Below the pieces are notes generated by a model that searched no databases, was not told the DNA's origin, and was given only the letters and a program-made list of their open reading frames with translations. This document shows positions 1 to 8,425 of a stretch of DNA of 26,794 nt, piece by piece. Numbering within the stretch: position 1 is the first letter of the stretch; the number at the start of each line of letters is the position of its first letter. The position numbers and the translations under genes are program-made. The stretch is from the NCBI GenBank assembly GCA_031364845.1, contig JANLWX010000068.1, positions 1-26,794 of the forward strand, written 5' to 3'. This stretch comes from Candidatus Eiseniibacteriota bacterium (GTDB lineage: Bacteria > Eisenbacteria > RBG-16-71-46).

Positions 1-39
1 GTAGCGCTGGAGAATTCGCGGCTGCTTAGCATGAGCTAA
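1..39 (+). CDS. 3' end of an upstream gene (VALENSRLLSMS*), possibly the end of a GAF-domain helix
   Basis: Open frame from base 1 to TAA at 37-39. 'ALENSRL' resembles the AxAIENARL helix that ends GAF domains. Only 12 codons are visible. Confidence 0.3.
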   Translation, partial: VALENSRLLSMS

Positions 40-247
40 CCCTCGCAGGCGCTCATTGGGCCGTAATTCAGCAGGAAAGGAACGTCGCTGCCTTGCAGGG
101 CATCACTCTGAGGCGTTACGTCATAGACCTCGTGCTCATGACGCCCGCATCCAGTTAGGCTAGGGGCGGTAGACGGATAACTCTTGCCGGCCAGCCTGTC
201 GCTGCAACGCATTGATATTCGCCGGGCCAAATTAGGACACCTCTGCT

Positions 248-294
248 CCGTCAGATGTCGCGACCAATGTTGTGTCCCCGTCAGTGTGCCCGTC
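248..294 (+). repeat. Short direct repeats resembling tyrosine-integrase arm-type sites
   Basis: TGTGTCCCCGTC (271-282) and TGTGCCCGTC (285-294), plus CCGTCAG at 248-254 and 278-284, about 80-125 bp from the tRNA-fragment att core. Confidence 0.35.
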
Positions 295-374
295 CACCCC
301 TTCCAACCTGTCTAACGGGTCCGTTTCGTCTCATCCTGCCCATTGTCGTCCAAGGGGTTAGCGGGACGACCTGA

Positions 375-397
375 TTCGAATCCCGTTGGGGACGCCA
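375..397 (+). mobile_element. tRNA-Glu 3'-end remnant; att core of an integrative element extending leftwards out of the window
   Basis: TTCGAATCCCGTTGGGGACGCCA comprises T-loop, 3' T-stem, 3' acceptor strand TGGGGAC, discriminator G and CCA. This matches tRNA-Glu genes that start GTCCCCA. The upstream bases are CCTGA rather than ACGGG, so the T-stem cannot form and this is not an intact tRNA. Confidence 0.8.
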
Positions 398-406
398 GTT
401 TGGCTC

Positions 407-490
407 CGTTGCAGTAGCCCCAGCAGCGACGCGGGGTGCCGGGCGTTCAACTCGAACAACACCTTGTCCGCGCAGCTGAGATACGGGTTC
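407..490 (+). pseudogene. Possible C-terminal scrap of an outer-membrane beta-barrel protein
   Basis: Reads CSSPSSDAGCRAFNSNNTLSAQLRYGF. The ending 'LSAQLRYGF' looks like the terminal amphipathic strand (Y-x-F) of a barrel, but no stop follows and there is no N-terminus. Confidence 0.3.
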
Positions 491-501
491 GACCCGCGCG
501 C

Positions 502-642
502 GAAGTTCAGTTCTTCGACATGCACCTGTCGCTGTTGCCGCAGAACGTGCGCTGCGGCTTCCTCGGACCCGTGCACTGGGCGATCGTCGAGGCGGCCGAC
601 GTGAACGCGGGCGGCGCCGTGGTGCTCACCGCGTCGGTGGGA
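502..642 (+). pseudogene. Internal fragment of an acetyl-CoA hydrolase/succinate CoA-transferase family gene
   Basis: EVQFFDMHLSLLPQNVRCGFLGPVHWAIVEAADVNAGGAVVLTASVG matches the family pattern F-x-D-x-HLS...YGFLG..D.A.IEA......G...LT.SVG. Only about 47 aa remain, with no native start or end. Confidence 0.7.
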
Positions 643-661
643 TCTCGAGCGCTTTCGTCAC

Positions 662-3364
662 CTACTTCGACGCCACGGGCGCCAGGTTGCGCAGCCGCTC
701 GAACCAGTTGAGCGTGACCCGCACGCGGCGCAGCGGCGCGATATCGCGGTCCCGTTGCGTCTGGCGGGCGGCCACGATGGCGGAGCCATCCGGCGTGAGG
801 TCGTAGGATCCGACGATACCCCCCGGCCCGGCGGGGATCCGGATCCGGGCCCGAGGCCGCGAGGCCTCGATCGAGGACTCGCCGGCCGTGACCGACACCG
901 AGTAAAGCGAGTCGCCGAACCGGTAAAACAGCTCCATGCCCTGCCGCGACCATCTCGCCTCGGCGCCGCCCTGCGTGGAGATCTGCCACTTGCCCCCCGG
1001 CGCCGGGAAGGGCCGGACGTAGATCTCGGGCCGGCCCGATTCGCCCGACTGGTATGCGAGCCAGCGGCCGTCCGCGGAGAGCCGGGGACCGATCTCGAGC
1101 GTCGGCGTGTCGACCACGATTTCGTGCTCGGCTTCCTCGACGGCGCTCGTCTTCCACACCCCCCAGTTCCCGGCCACGTTCTGCGAGAAGAGAATGGTCG
1201 AGCCGTCGGGCGTGACCTGCCCGGGCACCTGAAGATTTGCCTTCGAGGAGAGCGCCTTCTCCTCGCCGGAACCATCCACCGGCTTCACGGTCAGCCGGCT
1301 CCCGGCGCCGCTCCTTGCCCCCGACGAGGAGTAGACGATGGACTTCCCATCGGGCGACCACACCGGACGCCAGTCCGCCCCATCCTCGTTGAAGGTCAGG
1401 CGCGTGCGCGTGCCCCTCGCCACGTCGAGCACCCACACGTCGGCTTCCGTGGCGGCACCGAGCGAGTAGGCGATGCGCCGGCCATCGGGCGACACGGCGG
1501 GCCCGCCGATCGCTCCAGGTTCAAGCAGGACCTGTTCCGCCCCGCCGGCCAGGGGAATGCGCACGAGGTCGCTCTGCTCGGCCGCCCCTTCTCCGCCGAA
1601 CATGGCGAGCATCGTGCCGTTCATCGAGACGTCGTACTGGGCGGCGCCTTCGGCGACGGAGGTTCGCAGCTTCTCGGCCAGCGGCACCGGGTTCCCCGTC
1701 ACCTCCATGCGCTCGACGTCGAACGGCAGCGCGAACAGCGTCTGCTCGTAGAGGTATAGGATGTGGCCGGTTGGGACATACCGCGGGTCGGTGCCGCCGT
1801 GGTGCAGCACCTTGCGCTTCCCGCTCTTGAGGTCGAGCACCTCGAGCCGCCCCTTCTCGAGGCCCGGGGCATTGGCGAACACCGTGAACAGCACGGCCGA
1901 CCGACCGGGAATCGCCCGCGGCCAGCGGTGCGAGATCTCGCCGGCGGTCGAGTCGAGCTGGGTGATCGCACGCGCCTCGCCCCCCGACTCGGAGACGCTC
2001 ATGAGCGGGCTGTTCGGGTTCGGGGCGTAGACGATGGTGCCCTCGTCGGTCCAGGTGCCGCCGCGGTTGAGTGCGACCGGCGCGAGGATGAGCGGCGCGC
2101 CGCCGCGGATCGAGACCTTCTTCAGCTCGCTGCGGGTGAAGAAGGCGATCCAGTCCCCGCCCGGCGAAAAGAACTGGTGGTAGGCCACCTCGGTGCCGGC
2201 GATCTCGCGCGGCGTCGGATCCGAGAGGTCCCGCACGTACATCAGGCGATCCTCGCCCTCGGGAACGAAGGCGATACGGTCGCCCTGCCGCGACAGCACG
2301 GCCGCGCTGCCGTAGCCCGAGAACAGCGGCTTCGGCGAGAGCTCCACGTCGAACTCCATGACCGGTGGCGGCGGCGCCGGGGGGCGCCACGGGGACCACG
2401 CCACCAGCGCGGCGAGGACGACCAGCGCCCCCGCCCCGACGAGCGGCAGGCGCGAGGCGCGGGGCACGGGCGAGAGAGGGGCCGCCGGCGACAGCGCCGC
2501 CTCGGCGCCCGCCGGGTTCGCAAGGTAGTCCTCGATCATCAGTCGCGCCTCGCCGATGTCGCGCAGGCGCCGCCGCGGATCCTTCTCGAGGCAGCGCCGG
2601 AGCAGGCGCATGACGGGCGCCGGGAGGTCCTTCGGCAGCCGGTCCCATTCGATCTCGCGCATCATCACCGCCGCCATCACCTCGGAGGCGGTCTCTCCGG
2701 TGAACGCCTGCTGCCCAGCGAGCATCTCGTAAAGCACGACGCCAAACGCCCAGATGTCCGCGCGCCGGTCCACCGGCTTACCCTTCGCCTGCTCGGGGCT
2801 CATGTAGCCCGGGGTACCGAGAATCACGCCCGCCAGCGTGTTCCTCGCCGTGACGGTCGGGGAGATGCTGATGCTCTCGCTGCCGGCGTTGCCCTCGAAC
2901 GCCTTGGCGAGCCCGAAGTCGAGCACCTTGACCACGTTGTCCTGCGTGATCATCACGTTCCCGGGCTTGAGGTCGCGGTGCAGCACGCCCTGGTCGTGCG
3001 CGGTTTCCATCGCATCGGCGATCTGGCGCGCGATGTCGAGCGCTTCGCCGAGCGGCACGGTGCCGCGCCCCATGCGCTCCGCCAGCGTCTCGCCGCGCAC
3101 GAGTTCCAGCACCAGGCAGTGAACGTCGCCGACCGACTCGAGACCGTAGATGGCGCCGATGTTGGGGTGGTTGAGCGAGGCCAGCACCTGCGCCTCACGC
3201 TGGAAGCGCGCCATCCGCTCGGCGTCGGAGCCGAACAACTCGGGAAGCACCTTCAGCGCCACGTCGCGGCCCAGCTTGCTGTCGCTCGCCCGCCACACCT
3301 CGCCCATCCCGCCGGCGCCCAGCTTCTCGCGAATCTCATAGTGGACGATGCGCGTCCCGATCAT
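662..3364 (-). CDS. Hanks-type Ser/Thr protein kinase with a transmembrane helix and extracytoplasmic TolB-like (PD40) beta-propeller repeats
   Basis: Kinase motifs GAGGMG, VALK, HRDLKPGN, DFG, GTPGYMSPEQ and DIWAFG are present, followed by TM segment LVGAGALVVLAALVAW and repeated SP(D/G)GxxIAY/F motifs. Start moved to ATG 3364 (MIGTRIVHY) because of the AAGGAG RBS. Confidence 0.95.
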   Translation of the reverse strand: MIGTRIVHYEIREKLGAGGMGEVWRASDSKLGRDVALKVLPELFGSDAERMARFQREAQVLASLNHPNIGAIYGLESVGDVHCLVLELVRGETLAERMGRGTVPLGEALDIARQIADAMETAHDQGVLHRDLKPGNVMITQDNVVKVLDFGLAKAFEGNAGSESISISPTVTARNTLAGVILGTPGYMSPEQAKGKPVDRRADIWAFGVVLYEMLAGQQAFTGETASEVMAAVMMREIEWDRLPKDLPAPVMRLLRRCLEKDPRRRLRDIGEARLMIEDYLANPAGAEAALSPAAPLSPVPRASRLPLVGAGALVVLAALVAWSPWRPPAPPPPVMEFDVELSPKPLFSGYGSAAVLSRQGDRIAFVPEGEDRLMYVRDLSDPTPREIAGTEVAYHQFFSPGGDWIAFFTRSELKKVSIRGGAPLILAPVALNRGGTWTDEGTIVYAPNPNSPLMSVSESGGEARAITQLDSTAGEISHRWPRAIPGRSAVLFTVFANAPGLEKGRLEVLDLKSGKRKVLHHGGTDPRYVPTGHILYLYEQTLFALPFDVERMEVTGNPVPLAEKLRTSVAEGAAQYDVSMNGTMLAMFGGEGAAEQSDLVRIPLAGGAEQVLLEPGAIGGPAVSPDGRRIAYSLGAATEADVWVLDVARGTRTRLTFNEDGADWRPVWSPDGKSIVYSSSGARSGAGSRLTVKPVDGSGEEKALSSKANLQVPGQVTPDGSTILFSQNVAGNWGVWKTSAVEEAEHEIVVDTPTLEIGPRLSADGRWLAYQSGESGRPEIYVRPFPAPGGKWQISTQGGAEARWSRQGMELFYRFGDSLYSVSVTAGESSIEASRPRARIRIPAGPGGIVGSYDLTPDGSAIVAARQTQRDRDIAPLRRVRVTLNWFERLRNLAPVASK

Positions 3365-3584
3365 GCACAGCTCCTTGGGGTCATGGGGGGGCCCGCGATT
3401 CCGGGCCGGCAGGGCGGTGTCCAGCACCGCTCAGGTTTTGGCGAGCGGGTGGGGGCTTGGGAACCAACACACGGCATGTCCGAGCCACGGGACTGTGCCG
3501 CAGCAAGATAATACAACTCGCCCAGCGGGCGCCGCCGAGCCAGGGACCATGCGCCCCACCCTGCAACCACCCCGCGATTGCCCC

Positions 3585-6500
3585 TCAGCGAATCCTCGCG
3601 AGTCGAATCGTCGCCCGGGTGCCGGGCCCCACCAGGTGCGCGTAGTAGATCCCCGACGGCATCGATTCGCCGTTCGCGTCGCGCCCGTTCCATTCGGCGC
3701 TGTGCTGGCCGGCGGCGAGTTCGCGGTCCACGAGGGTCACCACCTTCTGGCCGGTGACGGAGAACACGTCGAGCGTCACCTTGCCTGCGCGCGCGAGTGC
3801 AAAGCCCACGCGAGTCGCATGCGTAAAGGGATTGGGCCGGGCCCACTCGAGGCCACTCTTCGCGGGCGCGGTCGGCGCCGGTGCCACGTCGACGAGACTC
3901 GGGGCGCAGCCGCAACGGCCGATCCCGACGGCGTCGATTTCGTTCCATCCCGGCACCGCGGGGGAATTGAATTCGACGCGCACCGCGTCGACCAGGTACT
4001 GCGGTTCCGGGAACACGACGTCGAACTTGCGCGAGACGGGCGGCGCGGGCGCTGCCACGGCGGACCACACCTCCTGGTAAACACCAGTGTTGCGATTGCG
4101 CACCGATACCTTGTCGAGCGCTCCGGGGTTCCAGGTCTCGACGACCTCCACGAAGTTCGTCGGCGCCGGCGTTGCGAACTGCAGATCGAGATACTCGCGC
4201 TGGCCATCGGCGGTGAGGCTGGCCCACACGGCCACCAAGTCGCCGTACGCCGGGTACGCGTCCGGCGCGCCCAGCGCTTGAACGGCCGAGTAGGTGTTGG
4301 CGTCGTACTGGCTGCTGAACCCGTGGATGCTCGAGGCCCATTGCACGCTCGGCACGAAGCTGCTGCTCACCATGGCTGGAATGGTGCGCGTCGTGACGCC
4401 GTTCGAGTCGGTGATCCGCAGTGTGACGTCATACGCTCCGGGTGTGGGACCGAGCACGACCCGCGGATTGCGGGCGTTCGCATTGCTGACCCACAGCACC
4501 TGGGGCGAGAACGACCACTGGTAGGTCGCCGGGCCGTTCACCACCGAGTAACTCTCGAATTGCAGCGTGTCGCACGGCCCGCTGACGGTTTGCTTGTCCA
4601 CCATGGGCTGCACCAGCGTGGTCGTCGAGTTCTCGAACAGGTCAACCTGCCAGAACCCCGATGCCGTGGCGAGCCGGAGCTTCTTATTCTTGTACTGGAT
4701 GCCGGCGCGCACCATGTGCGTCGTGAGCTGCGGCGGCAGACCCGTGTTGTAGGGGACCCAATCCGGCATGGTGTTGTTGCGATAGAACACCGCACCATAG
4801 TCGCCCACCAGGTAGATGCCGCCGTTCGTGCCGAGTTGGTGCACCATGTCCTGCAGCTGGACGCCGTTGAGCGTCGGGGTCGTCCAGTTCGTCCAGGTCG
4901 CGCCGCCGTCGGTGGTCTTGAACACCTTGTTGCCATCGGGACCGTTGCGGAAGCACCACCACAGCACGTTCGCATCGGTGCCGCTCAACGCAATCGTCGA
5001 GATCTTGCGCTGCTCGGGCGTTGGCCCCATAGGGTTCGTGGTGAACCCCCAGTTGCCGCCCCCGTTCGTCGACTTGCGCAATATCCCCTGCGTCTGCGTC
5101 CACACCGTGGCATAGATCACCAGCGGATTGCTGCGGCTGATGCGAATGTGCTGGCCGATGCTGGTCGTGTCCGAGAACGGCAACGCGTTGGGGAACGAAG
5201 CACCATTGTTCATGGTCACCGCCAGCTTGCGCTTCTGCCCGATCCAATACACGTTCGAGTAGCGGGGATCCCATTCCTGGTCACCGGTATCCATGCCGAT
5301 GTAGAGGCCATCGCCACGTTCGGCCGACTGGTACGGGACCGCCGGGATGACCGTGGACACCGTCGGCTGGTCCGGCGTCTCCGGAAACACGACACGCTGG
5401 CCACCCACCAAACCGTTCCCGAAATCCAGGCCCCAGTAGACCATGCGGCTGTTGGCGGGATTGATGTACCCGGTGGCCGGCTCTCCCCCGCCGACGACGA
5501 TGGAGTAGCCGTTCGGGTAGCCTTCGTACCAATAGCCGACCGCACCGTTGTGGTACCGGCCACCGGCGATGGCGTCTTCGTTCCACCCCTGCGCGAAGCC
5601 CCATATTTCGGTGCCGCGCAGTCCCTCGTTGCGCACCGAGACGTTCGCCTGGGTCGCCCAGAAGTCGCTCGAGTAGTTCATCCCTCCGTCGGAGGCCACC
5701 CACGCATCACCACCGATCGAACGCATCTCCTGGATGTCGGCGTGCATGTAGTCGGCCGTACAGGGATACCCCACCGTGACGTAGGTCAACCCGCCGTCCG
5801 TCGAGCGATAGAGGCCCGTCGTCCCGACGACGAGCTGGTTGGCATCGGTGTCGGAGGCCGCGATCGACAGGTCGTAGAAGCCCTGGCCATTCGTCATCGC
5901 GAGGGGGCCGGCCGTTGATACGCATTCCGCCAACGAGTCGAGGGGCGAATTCGAGGCCACGATCGTCCAGTGCTCACCAGAGTCACTGCTGCGAAGGACG
6001 CGCGGGCCATTCGGCGTGAGCAGGGCGACATAGATGCGATCGGGGTCCGCGGACGTGACCGTCATGCGAGCGCCGCCGTCGCTTCCCAGGATGGCGTCGC
6101 CGACCCAGCCACCGAGGCGCTTCGTGAACGAATTGCCGCTGTTGGTGGACTTCAGGAAGTCGATGCTGTCGCCCGCCGCGTTCCGTGCAAGGAAGTAGAC
6201 GATGCTCGCGTTCCCGGGCTTGAACGCGAGATCGAACGCAGGACGACTCAGGCCCGAACCCCAGCCCGACGCCGTCGTGTGCGGGATCATCGCGGTGGCG
6301 GTCCCCAGGAATATCGTGTCGGGTTTCGCCGGGTTGATGCGGATGAAGTTCGGGCTGAGCCCGGCGACACTCAGGATCGGTGTCCACGAGGCACCGCCGT
6401 TCGTGGTCTGGTGTACCCCTGTGCCGTTGGCGACGAAGACGATGTTCGGGTTGTTCGGGTGGATCGCGATGCCACCGACTGCGGACGAGAAGTTCGCGTA

Positions 6501-7160
6501 GAACTCACCGACCGGAGACCAGTGCAGGCCCTTGTCGGTGGACTTCGAAACCACTCCGGTCTCGGTGCCGCAGTAGAGGACGTTGTGGTCGCTGCGCGCG
6601 ACGTCGAAGGCGTACACGTTGGCCTGCGACACCTTTGCGTCGTGAGCCGGCCTCTCGTCGGCCGCCCAGTTGGTCGTGATCGGCCCGACATAATTCCAGG
6701 TCGTGCTCTGTGTACCGGGCGCGATGCGCGCCGCCTCGACGAGCGGCGTGGGCCCACTCGGTCGCGCGAAGTCGATGGAGCCGTCCGGCTGCACGTAGCG
6801 CTCGATTGACCGGCGCCAGCGCAGGTAACGCTCGGCCCACGGGTCATCGCGCTCGGCGCCCTTCTCAGCCGCTTCTTCGGCGGCGACAGGCGCCTCGCCG
6901 CGCGCCTCGCTCGTGTACCACTGCTGGTATTCCCGCTGCACCTCGAACACGTTCACGTCCTTGGGATCGCGGTCCAGCCAGTGTGCCCACTCCGGAGCGT
7001 CGTTCTCGTCCCGGCGCTCGGCTGAAACCGAGTGGTACGCCTCTCGCGCGTGGCGCGAGGGCGCCCTTTCCACGGCCGTCGCTGCGGACGCAAGGCCCAG
7101 CAGGGCAAGATACGCAAGGGCGACAACGAGAGCCGGACGATGTGGGGCGACCGATCGCAT
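3585..7160 (-). CDS. Secreted VPS10/BNR (Asp-box) repeat glycosyl-hydrolase-like protein with a PKD-like domain, a galactose-binding-like domain and a C-terminal FlgD/T9SS-CTD-like domain
   Basis: Signal peptide; many S/T-T-D/N-G-G-x-T/S-W Asp boxes; MHADIQ; PKD-like YQWSF...PGAYDVTLRITDSNG; C-terminal PNPF...VFSVTGQKVVTL...WNGRDANG..MPSGIYY. Confidence 0.88.
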   Translation of the reverse strand: MRSVAPHRPALVVALAYLALLGLASAATAVERAPSRHAREAYHSVSAERRDENDAPEWAHWLDRDPKDVNVFEVQREYQQWYTSEARGEAPVAAEEAAEKGAERDDPWAERYLRWRRSIERYVQPDGSIDFARPSGPTPLVEAARIAPGTQSTTWNYVGPITTNWAADERPAHDAKVSQANVYAFDVARSDHNVLYCGTETGVVSKSTDKGLHWSPVGEFYANFSSAVGGIAIHPNNPNIVFVANGTGVHQTTNGGASWTPILSVAGLSPNFIRINPAKPDTIFLGTATAMIPHTTASGWGSGLSRPAFDLAFKPGNASIVYFLARNAAGDSIDFLKSTNSGNSFTKRLGGWVGDAILGSDGGARMTVTSADPDRIYVALLTPNGPRVLRSSDSGEHWTIVASNSPLDSLAECVSTAGPLAMTNGQGFYDLSIAASDTDANQLVVGTTGLYRSTDGGLTYVTVGYPCTADYMHADIQEMRSIGGDAWVASDGGMNYSSDFWATQANVSVRNEGLRGTEIWGFAQGWNEDAIAGGRYHNGAVGYWYEGYPNGYSIVVGGGEPATGYINPANSRMVYWGLDFGNGLVGGQRVVFPETPDQPTVSTVIPAVPYQSAERGDGLYIGMDTGDQEWDPRYSNVYWIGQKRKLAVTMNNGASFPNALPFSDTTSIGQHIRISRSNPLVIYATVWTQTQGILRKSTNGGGNWGFTTNPMGPTPEQRKISTIALSGTDANVLWWCFRNGPDGNKVFKTTDGGATWTNWTTPTLNGVQLQDMVHQLGTNGGIYLVGDYGAVFYRNNTMPDWVPYNTGLPPQLTTHMVRAGIQYKNKKLRLATASGFWQVDLFENSTTTLVQPMVDKQTVSGPCDTLQFESYSVVNGPATYQWSFSPQVLWVSNANARNPRVVLGPTPGAYDVTLRITDSNGVTTRTIPAMVSSSFVPSVQWASSIHGFSSQYDANTYSAVQALGAPDAYPAYGDLVAVWASLTADGQREYLDLQFATPAPTNFVEVVETWNPGALDKVSVRNRNTGVYQEVWSAVAAPAPPVSRKFDVVFPEPQYLVDAVRVEFNSPAVPGWNEIDAVGIGRCGCAPSLVDVAPAPTAPAKSGLEWARPNPFTHATRVGFALARAGKVTLDVFSVTGQKVVTLVDRELAAGQHSAEWNGRDANGESMPSGIYYAHLVGPGTRATIRLARIR

Positions 7161-7207
7161 GCGAACTCCAATAGCAGAGGGATCCCGAGAATCAGGTCAG
7201 AGTGGCA

Positions 7208-7216
7208 AGCATATCA
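7208..7216 (-). promoter_or_regulatory. Putative extended -10 promoter (TGATATGCT) for the VPS10 gene
   Basis: TGnTAnnnT about 50 bp upstream of ATG 7160 in a short intergenic gap. Confidence 0.4.
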
Positions 7217-7241
7217 CCGGGGGGGCGCTCCTTGGCTGCCG

Positions 7242-8351
7242 TCAGTGAATCCGGTCGAACGACGCTCCGTTGAACTTGAACACGCCATTCCCTGCCAACC
7301 ACAGGTCGCCATGGCGATCCGTGTAGATACCCATGATGTCCTTGCTCGTCAGCCCGTCATTGGCCGAGTAGTTTTTCAATGACTTTCCGTCGTATCGCCA
7401 GGCACCACTCTCGACGGTGCCGAACCAGATGTTCGCGGCTCGGTCTTCTCCGATAGAGAACACCCGATGCAGCGTGGGGGAACCATCGGTCACGTCCCCA
7501 GGCTGAGGCAGCGCTCTCCCACCGTGCGGCCCCAACTTGCCAAGCCCCTTCTCCTGCGTGAATCGGGTGGTGGCGTGGCCATCGTGCAGGATGACTCCGA
7601 TCCCATTGTTTCCGATCCAGAGCTTCCCCTTGCTGTCCTCGAAGACGCAACGGACGTGAAGCCGACCGGTGCTGTCGTTGAGTCCCAGGCTCTTGTCATC
7701 GATGGTGGTGAAGGACTTGCCATCGTATCCGAACACCGCAGTGTAGGTTGCGAACCAGGGCCTCCCGCCTTTCCCTTTGGCAATGCCCGTCGTCGCATGA
7801 GCACTGACTCGAGCAGGATCCGCGGGGACAGGGTATGCCAGGTAGGTGAAGGTCTTTCCGTCGTACCGATACACACCCGGCAGCGCTTCGATCTCGGTTG
7901 CTCCCATCCCCCCGTCCTCCTTGAACCACAGGTCTTCAGTCCCGAGTTGCCAATCGTTCTTCGAAGTGTAGTTCCGGTTGGCGGGCGTGATGATCTTCTC
8001 CCCGTCAAAGCCGCTGAGTCCGAAGCCTCCCTCGAACCACACAATTCCGTTTCCATCTTCGTGGATCGACCTGATCTGGTTGTCGCTCAGGCCGTCTTTC
8101 TTCGTGAAATAGGTGAGACTCTTGCCGTCGAAGCGGCAGACACCATCGTCCCAACTTCCGAACCAGTAGTTGCCCTTGCTGTCCTCGAGGATGGAGCGCA
8201 CGGTCTCGAAGCGGAGCCGTGGCGGCGGATCGATGGCGATGTTGATCGGCTGCGATCTCGTCACGTCCTGCTTCGTCGCGCAGGAGGTTGCGGGAACGAG
8301 GGCAAGGATGATGACTGCTGCCAGAGCCCGACGCACTCGACCGCGCGTCAT
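7242..8351 (-). CDS. Two-component-regulator-propeller (Reg_prop) repeat protein, probable lipoprotein
   Basis: Repeats of I-x-EDSKGNxWFG...GVxRYDGKSxxxYTxxDGL. Hydrophobic signal ends in PATS-C. No kinase domain. Start placed at ATG 8351 (MTRGRVRR). Confidence 0.88.
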   Translation of the reverse strand: MTRGRVRRALAAVIILALVPATSCATKQDVTRSQPINIAIDPPPRLRFETVRSILEDSKGNYWFGSWDDGVCRFDGKSLTYFTKKDGLSDNQIRSIHEDGNGIVWFEGGFGLSGFDGEKIITPANRNYTSKNDWQLGTEDLWFKEDGGMGATEIEALPGVYRYDGKTFTYLAYPVPADPARVSAHATTGIAKGKGGRPWFATYTAVFGYDGKSFTTIDDKSLGLNDSTGRLHVRCVFEDSKGKLWIGNNGIGVILHDGHATTRFTQEKGLGKLGPHGGRALPQPGDVTDGSPTLHRVFSIGEDRAANIWFGTVESGAWRYDGKSLKNYSANDGLTSKDIMGIYTDRHGDLWLAGNGVFKFNGASFDRIH

Positions 8352-8425
8352 CACCAACGTTGAACCCACTCTGGAGCGAGAACTCCTACCGGGCTGTCCC
8401 GATCTTTCAGCTGTGTTTTCGACCG

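Noticed and set aside
310..363. Second attC-like pair GTCTAAC...GTTAGCG
   Set aside because: No convincing internal L-box pairing, and it is better explained as sequence flanking the att site.
340..397. Intact tRNA gene
   Set aside because: Only the T-loop to CCA is present. There is no 5' acceptor strand, D arm, anticodon arm or 5' T-stem.
3365..3584. Riboswitch or ncRNA in the kinase leader (hairpins GGCCCG/CGGGCC and CCGCTC/GAGCGG)
   Set aside because: Short GC stems are expected at this composition, and no known aptamer motif is recognisable.
755..6809. Long plus-strand ORFs (334, 582, 856, 279 aa) and other antisense or alternate-frame ORFs throughout
   Set aside because: Shadow ORFs of high-GC3 genes; Arg/Ala/Gly-rich with no motifs.
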